Assembly (NCBI GenBank): GCA_035994965.1
Contig: DASYKV010000066.1
Coordinates: forward strand, 2,328-66,327
DNA: 64,000 bases
DNA from: Allosphingosinicella sp.
GTDB taxonomy: Bacteria > Pseudomonadota > Alphaproteobacteria > Sphingomonadales > Sphingomonadaceae
Reading direction: 5' to 3'
In this document: positions 41,832-50,658 of the stretch, one piece after another
Numbering within the stretch: the first letter of the stretch is position 1
Layout: every line of letters starts with the position of its first letter
Position numbers and translations under genes: made by a program
Notes under the pieces: generated by a model
Told to the model about the DNA's origin: nothing
The model's database searches: none
What the model saw: the letters and a program-made list of their open reading frames with translations, nothing else

Positions 41832-43661
41832 TTGAAGCTTCATCGTCCACTCGCCGCCCTGCTGCTTGCCGCCACCGCCGGCGCCGCCGTCGCCCAAGAG
41901 CCAGCCGCCGCGCCCGTCCCGGCCGCGGCCCAGACCGAGGACGCCAGGCTCACCCAGTTCCTCGACGCCGCCTTCGACGCGCAGAATGCGACCAACCCGC
42001 AGCAATTGACCCAGCTCGGCAGCCGCCAGCTCTACGACCGGCTGAACGACTATACCGAGGCTTACCGCGCGCGGCAGCTCGCGCTGGAGGAGCGGCAGCT
42101 CGCCGAGCTGCGCCGCCGCTTCAATCCGGCCCGGCTCAGCGCCGCCGGCCGCCTTTCCTTCCGCCTGTTCGAGAAGGAGGTGCTGGACGATCGCGCCGCC
42201 TGGCGCTGGCGCGACTACAATTTCCCGGCGACCAACAATGGCTCGCCGATGGGGAACCTCCCCGTTTTCCTGATCAACAATCACCGCGTGGACAGCGTCT
42301 CGGACGCCGAGGCCTATGTCTCGCGCCTGCGTGAAGTGGAGCGGGTGATGGGCGAGATCGGCGCCAACATGCGCCGCCAGACGCAGCTCGGCATCATCCC
42401 GCCGGCCTTCAACTTCGCGCCGGTGCGCGAGGACGGCCGCCGGATCCTGACCGGCGCGCCCTTCACCGACGGGCCGGACAGCGCGCTCTTCGCCGATTTC
42501 AAGGCCAAGGTCGGCCGGCTGCAGATCCCCCAGGCCGAGAAGGACCGGTTGATCGCCGCCGCCCGCGAGGCGCTGACCGGGCCGTTCCGCCGCGGCTACG
42601 ATTCGATGCTTGCGACGCTCGCCGAGATCGAGCCGCGCGCCCGCGGCAACAATGGCGCCTGGAGCCTGCCCAACGGCCGCGCTTATTACGCACACCGCCT
42701 GCGCCAATCGACCACCACCGGCATGACCGCCGCGCAGATCCACCGGGTCGGCCTCACCCAGGTCGCGCGAATCCACGGCGAGATGGAGCGGATCAAGGCG
42801 CAGGTCGGCTTCACCGGCACGCTCACCCAGTTCTTCGCCCACATCAACGTTGGCGCGGAGTTCAAATATCCGAACACGGCCGAGGGCCGCGAGGCCTATC
42901 TCGCCGACGGCCGCCGCTTCATCGCCCAGGTGATGGCCGAGGCGCCGCGCTGGTTCCGCCGGCTGCCGCGCGCGCCGCTCGAGGTCCGCGCGGTCGAGGC
43001 CTTCCGGCAGGAGACCGCGGCGGTCGCCTTCTACAACCGGCCCTCGCCCGACGGCTCGCGGCCCGGCATCTTCTACGTCAACCTCGCCGACATGAACCAG
43101 GTGCTGAAGCCCCAGGTCGAGGCGATCGCCTATCATGAGGGCGCGCCCGGCCACCACTTCCAGATCGCGCTCGCCCAGGAGCTCGAAGGCATGCCCAAGT
43201 TCCGCCGCTTCGGCGGCTATGGCGCTTATGCCGAGGGCTGGGGCCTCTATGCCGAGGGGCTCGGCAAGGAGATGGGCTTCTACCGCGAGCCGATCAGCGA
43301 GTTCGGCATGTATTCGACCCAGCTGTGGCGCGCGATCCGGCTGGTCGTCGACACCGGCATCCACGACCAGCGCTGGAGCCGTGAGCAGGCGATCGACTAT
43401 TTCATGGCCAACGGCCTCCTGTCGCGGCGCGACGCGACCAAGGAGGTCGAGCGCTATTTCAACAATCCCGGCCAGGCGACCAGCTACATGATCGGGCAAT
43501 TGAAGATCCTGGAGCTGCGCGACCGCGCCCGCGCCGCGCTCGGCCCCCGCTTCGACATCCGCGATTTCCACGCCGTGGTGCTCGAGAACGGCTCGGTGCC
43601 GCTCGACGTGCTGGAAGAACTCGTGGACAATTGGATCGCCACCCAAAGGACGACACGCTGA
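41832..43661 (+). CDS. DUF885 family exported protein
   Basis: Signal peptide; HEGAPGHHFQ, YAEGWGLYAE and PGQATSYMIG motifs. Confidence 0.93.
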   Translation: MKLHRPLAALLLAATAGAAVAQEPAAAPVPAAAQTEDARLTQFLDAAFDAQNATNPQQLTQLGSRQLYDRLNDYTEAYRARQLALEERQLAELRRRFNPARLSAAGRLSFRLFEKEVLDDRAAWRWRDYNFPATNNGSPMGNLPVFLINNHRVDSVSDAEAYVSRLREVERVMGEIGANMRRQTQLGIIPPAFNFAPVREDGRRILTGAPFTDGPDSALFADFKAKVGRLQIPQAEKDRLIAAAREALTGPFRRGYDSMLATLAEIEPRARGNNGAWSLPNGRAYYAHRLRQSTTTGMTAAQIHRVGLTQVARIHGEMERIKAQVGFTGTLTQFFAHINVGAEFKYPNTAEGREAYLADGRRFIAQVMAEAPRWFRRLPRAPLEVRAVEAFRQETAAVAFYNRPSPDGSRPGIFYVNLADMNQVLKPQVEAIAYHEGAPGHHFQIALAQELEGMPKFRRFGGYGAYAEGWGLYAEGLGKEMGFYREPISEFGMYSTQLWRAIRLVVDTGIHDQRWSREQAIDYFMANGLLSRRDATKEVERYFNNPGQATSYMIGQLKILELRDRARAALGPRFDIRDFHAVVLENGSVPLDVLEELVDNWIATQRTTR

Positions 43662-43930
43662 TGGCCGACGACACCTCCCCCCCCGATCGCCTCTCCAACA
43701 ATCCCAAGAGCCCGCATTTCGACGTCGACGCGCTGCGCCGCGGCGTCGGCATCCGCTTCAAGGGGCGCGAGCGCGAGGATGTCGAGGAATATTGCGCATC
43801 GGAAGGCTGGATCCGGGTCGCCGCCGGCAAGGCCGTCGACCGCCACGGCATCCCCGTCACCGTCAAGCTCAATGGCGAGATAGAAACCTGGTGGCGCGAC
43901 GAAGGACAAGAACAAGATCCGGACGAATAA
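43661..43930 (+). CDS. DUF3297 family protein
   Basis: PPDRLS..P.SPHFD...L.RGVGIRFKG.E..DVEEYC.SEGWIRV. Confidence 0.85.
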   Translation: MADDTSPPDRLSNNPKSPHFDVDALRRGVGIRFKGREREDVEEYCASEGWIRVAAGKAVDRHGIPVTVKLNGEIETWWRDEGQEQDPDE

Positions 43931-44138
43931 AGCAAGGCCGGCTCGCCGCGCTTTCACTTGGCCTCCGCATGAACAGCGCCGAAACGGGTCTTTTCGGCGC
44001 TTGATATTTCTTGCGCGAGTGCGATGATCTCTTCGGGGGAAGGGCCATGGCCGACTCGCAAGCGCCGCGGATGATGCCGGTCCCGGCGCCAGTCCGGACC
44101 CTGCACGATCGTCTCGTCGTCTCGCAGGAGAAAAGGCC

Positions 44139-47069
44139 ATGACGCACAGCTTCCTCACCATCGCCATTCCGATCGACGAGGATAACGTGGTGACGACCAA
44201 CGCCGCGCTCGACGCCATGGGCAATCCGGCGAGCAAGGCGATCCGCGACGCGATGCGCGAGGATCTGCAGATCCATTTCGTCAGCATCGGCGCGATCAGC
44301 GGCGACGGCGCGGCCAAAGGCCATCTGGTGATCGAGGCCTCCTCGGACGCCAGCCCCGGCGACACGATCCAGCTCCTGCTGACCAGGCTCGATCCGTGGC
44401 TTCAGCCGGTCTTCGCCGCCGCCGGCCTGCCCGTGTCGAACCTCGCTCGCCTGCTCGGCGGCCATATCGTCACCAGCGGCACCCGCCTTCGCGACAATGC
44501 CGGACTCGATTTCACCGGCACGCCCGGAATGACCGTCAAGCGCATCCGCCGGGAATATGACCTGGCGCGCAAGGTCCGCACCCTGTTCGACGACAAGGCC
44601 TATAAAGGCAGCGCGGTCGGGGTGCTCGCTTCGGTTCGCGCTGATGTGGAGCAGGACCCGAAGCTCGCGCCGCTGCTGACGCTGGAGCCCGCGCCGTTCC
44701 TGATCGAGACCAAGGAGACCTCCTTCCTGTCGAGCGCGCCCGCTTTGATCGGCGGGGCGATCGTCCGCTTCTTCTGGCCGCTGCTGCTGGTCTGCCTGCT
44801 GCTCGCGCTCGCCGCGGTGGCGGCGGCCTTTTACTGGTCGGGCTGGGTCTCGGCCGTGCTGACACTGCTCGTCGCGGCGGGCGTCGTCCTGGTCGTGCTG
44901 CTCGCGCGCCTGGTGTCCATCTTCGGCAATCTCACCGCGCTCGAAGCGGCCGATGTCCAGGACGACAGCATCCCCGATCCGGCGGTGCTGACCGAGGTCG
45001 TCAGGCGCGAGAACAAGGTCATGCAGAACCACATGACCGGCGTCTCGCGGATCAAGCCGGCCCGGCTGCGCCGCTTCACGCTCAAGCTCGCTTTCTACGT
45101 CATTGGCACGCTCTCGGCCCGATTCCGGCCGGGCTATCTCTCCGACATCGGAACCATCAATTTCGCGCGCTGGGTGGTGCTGCCCGGGACCGACCAGCTC
45201 ATCTTCTTCTCCAATTACGGCGGCAGCTGGGAAAGCTATCTCGAGGATTTCGTCACCAAGGCGCATGAAGGCCTGACCGGCATCTGGAGCAACACCGAGG
45301 GCTATCCGAAGACCTCGACCTTGTTCTTCGAGGGCGCCACCGCCGCCGAGCCGTTCCTGCGCTGGGCGCGCCGCCAGCATCGGCCGACCTATTTCTGGTA
45401 TAGCGGCTATCCCCATCTCACCACCGACCGGATCCGCTCCAACGCCGCCATCCGCCAGGGCCTGGCCGGCGCCAAAACCGAGGACGAGGCCAAGGCCTGG
45501 CTCGCCAATCTCGGCTCGCGCATGCCGCCGCCCAGCGCCCTCGACACGCCCGAGATCCAGACCATCGTCTTCGGCGGCCTCAAGCATCATCCCTTCGCCG
45601 CGAGCCTGATCCTCAGCCTGCCCGGCGACGCCGCGGCGGCGCGCGCATGGCTCGGCGCAACCTCCGCCGGCGTGACCTTCGGCGACCAGCCCGATCCCGA
45701 CAATGTGACCCTGCTCGCTTTGTCGGCGAGCGGCCTTCGCAAGCTCGGCCTCGACGACGCCCAGCTCGCCTCCTTCCCCTTCGCCTTCCGGATGGGCATG
45801 GCCGACCCGATAAGAAGCAACATCCTGTCCGACACCGGCGACGACAAGCCGGCGGAATGGATCTGGGGCGGCGACAATGCGGCCGACGCCTCGCTCCTCC
45901 TCTACGCGGCCGACGAGGCCAAGCTCACCGCCGCGATCGAGGCCGCGGCCGAGGCGATCGCCGAGGCCGGCGGGTCGGTCGTCCACCAGGTGGGCTTCCG
46001 GCCGCTCGAGGAGGACGCCCAGGCCTCGGGCGGCGGCCGGCGCAACCAGGCCAGGGAGGCCTTCGGCTTCGCCGACGGAGTCTCGCAGCCGATCATCAAG
46101 GGCACGCGCCGCTGGCTCAAGGACGCGGACGCGATCCACACGGTCGAGCCCGGCGAGTTCATCCTGGGCTATCCGGACGATCGCGGCGGCCACGTCTTCA
46201 GCCCCCTGGTCGAATCCGACAAGGACCCTAAGAACCTCCTCCCGGTCGTCGATCCGGTCTATGCGAGCTACCATTATCCGAACTACGACCAGAGCGGCGC
46301 CGATCGCGCCCGCGATCTCGGCAAGAACGGCTCCTATCTCGTCATCCGCCAGCTCGCCCAGGACGTCGCGGCGTTCGAAGAGTCCGTGAAGGACGCGGCC
46401 GCGCAGTGCGCGAACGATTCCCGCCTGCCGCCCGGCCTGGAAGACTGGCAGCGCGAGCAATGGGTCGCCGCCAAGATGGTCGGCCGCTGGCGCGACGGCA
46501 CCTCGCTGGTCCGTTATCCGCACCGGCCGGGAAGCGGCTGGAACGCCAAGGCGCCGAATGAGAACGGCCCGATCCCGGTCGAGCCCGACAACGGCTTCCT
46601 GCTCGGCGCCGAGGATCCGGTCGGCGAGCGCTGCCCGTTCGGCGCCCATGTCCGCCGCACCAATCCGCGCGACACGCTGACCCCGGGCTCGATGGAGCAG
46701 CTGGCGATCAACAACCGCCACCGGATCCTCCGGATGGGCCGCCGCTACGAGGCGTATAAGCATGATGGCGCCGACGAGACGGAAGGCCTGTTCTTCATGT
46801 GCCTCAACAGCGAGCTCGAGCGGCAGTTCGAGTTCATCCAGCAGACCTGGGTGATGGCGATGCAGTTCATGGGCGTCGAGAACGAGGTCGATTCGATCCT
46901 CGGCCGCGGCAAGAAGAAGGACGGCGACACGCGCAAGCTCGCGCGCCTCACCATCCCGACGCCCAACGGCCCGATCTACCTCCAGGGCTTGCGCGACGTC
47001 GTCACGGTCCGCGGCGGCGGCTATTTCTTCCTCCCGAGCAAGAGCGCGCTCGCCTGGCTGTCGCGCTAG
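44139..47069 (+). CDS. Multidomain membrane-associated DyP-type peroxidase
   Basis: C-terminal DyP: FGFADG, CPFGAHVRRTNPRD, HRILR, GLFFMCLN..LERQFEFIQQTW; two internal TM helices. Confidence 0.85.
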   Translation: MTHSFLTIAIPIDEDNVVTTNAALDAMGNPASKAIRDAMREDLQIHFVSIGAISGDGAAKGHLVIEASSDASPGDTIQLLLTRLDPWLQPVFAAAGLPVSNLARLLGGHIVTSGTRLRDNAGLDFTGTPGMTVKRIRREYDLARKVRTLFDDKAYKGSAVGVLASVRADVEQDPKLAPLLTLEPAPFLIETKETSFLSSAPALIGGAIVRFFWPLLLVCLLLALAAVAAAFYWSGWVSAVLTLLVAAGVVLVVLLARLVSIFGNLTALEAADVQDDSIPDPAVLTEVVRRENKVMQNHMTGVSRIKPARLRRFTLKLAFYVIGTLSARFRPGYLSDIGTINFARWVVLPGTDQLIFFSNYGGSWESYLEDFVTKAHEGLTGIWSNTEGYPKTSTLFFEGATAAEPFLRWARRQHRPTYFWYSGYPHLTTDRIRSNAAIRQGLAGAKTEDEAKAWLANLGSRMPPPSALDTPEIQTIVFGGLKHHPFAASLILSLPGDAAAARAWLGATSAGVTFGDQPDPDNVTLLALSASGLRKLGLDDAQLASFPFAFRMGMADPIRSNILSDTGDDKPAEWIWGGDNAADASLLLYAADEAKLTAAIEAAAEAIAEAGGSVVHQVGFRPLEEDAQASGGGRRNQAREAFGFADGVSQPIIKGTRRWLKDADAIHTVEPGEFILGYPDDRGGHVFSPLVESDKDPKNLLPVVDPVYASYHYPNYDQSGADRARDLGKNGSYLVIRQLAQDVAAFEESVKDAAAQCANDSRLPPGLEDWQREQWVAAKMVGRWRDGTSLVRYPHRPGSGWNAKAPNENGPIPVEPDNGFLLGAEDPVGERCPFGAHVRRTNPRDTLTPGSMEQLAINNRHRILRMGRRYEAYKHDGADETEGLFFMCLNSELERQFEFIQQTWVMAMQFMGVENEVDSILGRGKKKDGDTRKLARLTIPTPNGPIYLQGLRDVVTVRGGGYFFLPSKSALAWLSR

Positions 47070-47094
47070 GGGACAGTTGCGCGCAACTGTCCCC
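47069..47094. repeat. GGGGACAGTT...AACTGTCCCC palindrome
   Basis: ggggacagttgcgcgcaactgtcccc. Confidence 0.85.
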
Positions 47095-47115
47095 CGCCCG
47101 CTGCGTTAGCGGGCG

Positions 47116-47889
47116 GTGAAGATCGCCACGTTCAACGTCAACGGCATCAATGCGCGGATCGCCAACCTGCTCGACTGGCTGGCCGAGACGCGGCCCGAAA
47201 TCGCCTGCCTGCAGGAATTGAAGGCGCCCGACGAGCGCTTCCCGCAAGCGGCGATCGAGGCGGCCGGCTATGGCGCGATCTGGCACGGCCAGAAGAGCTG
47301 GAACGGAGTCGCCATCCTCGCCCGCGGCTGCCAGCCGGTCGAGACGCAGCGCGGCCTGCCGGGCGATCCGGACGACACGCACAGCCGCTACATCGAGGCG
47401 GCGGTGGACGGCGTCCTGATCGGCTGCCTCTACCTTCCAAACGGCAACCCCGTGGGCACGCCAAAATTCGCCTACAAGCTGACATGGATGGAGCGCTTCA
47501 TGGCGCGCGCCGCCGAGCTCGCCGGGCTCGATGGCCCGGTGGTGCTGGCCGGCGATTACAACATCATCCCGACGGACCGGGACGTCTACAAGCCCGAGCG
47601 CTGGCGCACCGACGCGCTCTTCCAGCCCGAGCCCCGCGCCCAATATGTCCGCCTCCTCAAGCAGGGCTGGACCGACGCGCTACGCCACCTCCACCCGGAT
47701 GAGACCATCTTCACCTTCTGGGATTATTGGCGCCACGCCTTCGCCCGCAACGCCGGCATCCGCATCGACCATCTGCTGCTCAACAAGGTAGCGGCGAAGC
47801 GGCTGGCCGCCGCCGGCGTCGACACCGCGACGCGAGCCAAGGAGAAAGCCAGCGACCACGCGCCGACCTGGGTGGAGCTTAGCGACTAA
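47116..47889 (+). CDS. xth: Exodeoxyribonuclease III
   Basis: ATFNVNG, LQELK, AGDYNI, GIRIDH and SDHAP motifs. Confidence 0.95.
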   Translation: MKIATFNVNGINARIANLLDWLAETRPEIACLQELKAPDERFPQAAIEAAGYGAIWHGQKSWNGVAILARGCQPVETQRGLPGDPDDTHSRYIEAAVDGVLIGCLYLPNGNPVGTPKFAYKLTWMERFMARAAELAGLDGPVVLAGDYNIIPTDRDVYKPERWRTDALFQPEPRAQYVRLLKQGWTDALRHLHPDETIFTFWDYWRHAFARNAGIRIDHLLLNKVAAKRLAAAGVDTATRAKEKASDHAPTWVELSD

Positions 47890-49060
47890 GAGCGGCGAAA
47901 CCACCGGAGTCATCCCGGCGAAGGCCGGGATGACTCAGCTTTTTTGAAACCCCGTCATAAATCGCCTCCAGCCGCGCCGTTAGGCCCGCCCGGTCGAAGC
48001 GCTCCTCCGCCAGACGCCGCGCCGCCGCGCCCATCTGCCGGTGCCAATCTTCGGAGCCGAGCAATTCGCCGAGCCGGTCCGCCAGCGCCGCCGCGTCGCC
48101 CTCCGGGACGAGGAAGCCCGTCTCGCCGTCCACGACCGCCTCGGGGATTCCTGAATGGTGGGTGGCGACGACCGGCAGGCCCGACGCCGCCGCCTCGACC
48201 ACCACGTTGGGCAGCCCCTCGGCGTCGCCGTCGCGGGCGGTGAGGCTCGGCGCGGCCAGCACCGCGGCGCGCCGCATCCATGAGGCGACCTCGTCCGGCG
48301 GCAGCGCGCCGAGGAAGCGCGCATGCGGGCCCGCCCGCCGTTCCAGCGCGCCCCTGAGCGGGCCGTCGCCGATCACGACCAGCCGCGCGCCCTCGATCCC
48401 CGCCATCGCCTCGATCAGCACCGCCGTCCCTTTCTTCTCGACCAGCCGGCCGACATGGAGGACCAGTCCCGGCTCGCGCGGGCCCTCGCCCGGGTGGAAG
48501 CGGTCGAGATCGACGCCGTTATAATGGGTTAGCGTGCGCTCCGCCGGATAACCGAGCGCAATCGCCTTCGCCCGCAGCGCGTCCGACACGGCGAGGAAGA
48601 GGTCGCCGCCGCGCATCAGCCGGCCCCGCCCGAGCGCATAGCGGATCCAGGTCGGCCGGCCCGAACGAAGCAGCGCCCCCCTGGAGAGCGTCACGTCATA
48701 GCCGCGCAAATGGGTGATCAGCGGAACGCCGAGCGCGCGCGCAAGCGGCAGGACCTTGAGCCCGTCCGTGCCGAAATGGGCGTGGATCAGCTTCGGCCCG
48801 GCCTCGCGCAGCCGCGCCTCGATGCCGCCGCCGCGCCCGCGCGCCGAGAAGAGCAGGCGCTCGGCCAGGCCCGTGGGCAGGATCATCCCTTCGCGCAATG
48901 CCGGCAGCACCTCCCCCTTGCGCTCAAGCCCGAAGACCAGAGGCCGCCAGCGCGTCAGCGCCGCCGCCTGGTCCTGGATGAAGCGTTCGGTCGGGTTGAA
49001 GACCGGGGTTCGGAAGAGAGCCGCGACCGGCCTCGGGTCGCGATCGGCGGGCGGGGACAT
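47879..49060 (-). CDS. GT4 family glycosyltransferase
   Basis: HAHFG, VGRLVEKKG and EGLPNVVVEAAASGLPVV motifs; the C-terminus runs through a REP. Confidence 0.92.
   Translation of the reverse strand: MSPPADRDPRPVAALFRTPVFNPTERFIQDQAAALTRWRPLVFGLERKGEVLPALREGMILPTGLAERLLFSARGRGGGIEARLREAGPKLIHAHFGTDGLKVLPLARALGVPLITHLRGYDVTLSRGALLRSGRPTWIRYALGRGRLMRGGDLFLAVSDALRAKAIALGYPAERTLTHYNGVDLDRFHPGEGPREPGLVLHVGRLVEKKGTAVLIEAMAGIEGARLVVIGDGPLRGALERRAGPHARFLGALPPDEVASWMRRAAVLAAPSLTARDGDAEGLPNVVVEAAASGLPVVATHHSGIPEAVVDGETGFLVPEGDAAALADRLGELLGSEDWHRQMGAAARRLAEERFDRAGLTARLEAIYDGVSKKLSHPGLRRDDSGGFAALSR
47907..47936. repeat. REP palindrome inside the 3' end of the GT4 gene
   Basis: gagtcatcccggcgaaggccgggatgactc. 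Confidence 0.9.
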
Positions 49061-49103
49061 AAGCCTCTTGGTCAACCGCCTCCGGCATGGATACAAGCAC
49101 AAA

Positions 49104-50600
49104 GTGACCGCCTCCCCCGCGCAACGACTGATCCTGAGAGGCGGCGGCTCGGCCGCTTTGGGCTTCGTCATCCGCTTCGGCGCGCGGCTCCTGTTCGTGA
49201 TCGTCGCCGGCCGCCTGTTCGGAGTCGCTTTGTTCGGCGCCTTCGCCATCGCAGTCGCCGTGGTCGAGCTCGCGGTGACGCTCGGCGGCGCCGGCATGAA
49301 GCGGCAATTGTTCAAATTGCTGGACGAGGAGAAAGAGGGCCGAAGCCCGCCGCACATCGTCCTCGACGGCGCCGTCCTCGTCACGATCGCCAGCCTCATC
49401 TGCGCGGCGCCGGTCATGATCGCGGTCGCCCTGCTGCCGCCCTCGCAGATCGCCGGCAACACCGCCATCGCCTTGCTGCTGCTGGCGCCGATGATCCTCG
49501 GCCAGTCGCTGCTCGATCTGCTGCTGGCCGCTACCCGCTGGACCCATAAGATGCGCCACCAGGTCTGGGCGCGCTCGATCATCGAGCCTTATGCCGGCGT
49601 CGCCGTCTCCGTGGCGGCGTGGCTCGCGGGCTATCAGGCGACCGGGCTGATCATCGGCTATTGGGCGGGGACGCTCGCCGCCTTGCTCTATGCGGCGGTC
49701 GGCGCCCGGCGCTGCCTTGGGCCGTTCCATCTGGGCGCCTACCGCCTCGCCCCCGCGCGCCTGCTCCATGTCGTGCGCGAGACCGCCTTGCCGACGCTCA
49801 GCGACTTCACCAACGCGCTCGCCGGCCGGCTCGATCTCTATCTGGTCGGGCTCCTGCTCGGCGAATCGCCGGCCGGCATTTACGGCATGGCGCGCCAGGT
49901 CCGAACCCCGATCCGCCAGGTCCGCCAGAGCTTCGATGGTCTGCTGACCCCGATCGTCTCGCGCACCTTGAGCATCGCCGGCCCGGTCGTCACCGGCCTC
50001 GCGACCGCCACGGCGAGCCGGCTGATCCTTGCGATCCAGCTCCCCATGCTGATCGGCCTGGTCGCGATCGGCGAGCCTTTGCTGCGCTGGATCGGCCCCG
50101 AATTCGTCGCCGGCTATTGGGCGTTGCTGCTGCTCGCCGCCGCCGAGGCCATCCAGGGCGCGTTCGGGGTCAGCGATCTCATCCTGCTCTACCGCCGGCC
50201 CGCCTTCATATTGTGGATCACGGCGATCGGCGCCGCGGTCAACGTCGCCGCCGGCTGGCCGCTCATCGCGCATTACGGCGTTACCGGCGCAGCTCTGGCC
50301 GCCTTGCTCGCTTATGCCGCGGCGGCCCTGGCCCGCCGAATGCTCCTGCGCTCGGGGTTCGGAATCAAGGTGCCGCTGCGCCACGCCGCAGCGCCGTTCG
50401 CCGCGGCCGCCGCCGGCCTCGCCGCCACGCTCGGGCTGCTCGCTCTGCCGCTCGCCGACGGCCCGCGCTTCGCGCTCGCCTTCGCCGGCGGCCTGCTCGC
50501 TTATTGGACCGCGCTCAGGCTCGCGCTCAGGCTGACGGACGCGAGCCTCAAGCTCGACCATTTCGTGCTCGAGCCCGGCGAGAACGGCGCGGGCGCGTAA
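49104..50600 (+). CDS. Wzx/MOP-type polysaccharide flippase
   Basis: About 14 TM helices, RLDLYLVG motif; divergent from a GT4; GTG start inferred. Confidence 0.82.
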   Translation: MTASPAQRLILRGGGSAALGFVIRFGARLLFVIVAGRLFGVALFGAFAIAVAVVELAVTLGGAGMKRQLFKLLDEEKEGRSPPHIVLDGAVLVTIASLICAAPVMIAVALLPPSQIAGNTAIALLLLAPMILGQSLLDLLLAATRWTHKMRHQVWARSIIEPYAGVAVSVAAWLAGYQATGLIIGYWAGTLAALLYAAVGARRCLGPFHLGAYRLAPARLLHVVRETALPTLSDFTNALAGRLDLYLVGLLLGESPAGIYGMARQVRTPIRQVRQSFDGLLTPIVSRTLSIAGPVVTGLATATASRLILAIQLPMLIGLVAIGEPLLRWIGPEFVAGYWALLLLAAAEAIQGAFGVSDLILLYRRPAFILWITAIGAAVNVAAGWPLIAHYGVTGAALAALLAYAAAALARRMLLRSGFGIKVPLRHAAAPFAAAAAGLAATLGLLALPLADGPRFALAFAGGLLAYWTALRLALRLTDASLKLDHFVLEPGENGAGA

Positions 50601-50614
50601 CACGGCCTCACACG

Positions 50615-50643
50615 GAGTCGTCCCGGCGAAGGCCGGGATGACT
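50615..50643. repeat. REP palindrome
   Basis: gagtcgtcccggcgaaggccgggatgact. Confidence 0.8.
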
Positions 50644-50658
50644 AGAAAATGGCGCCGG

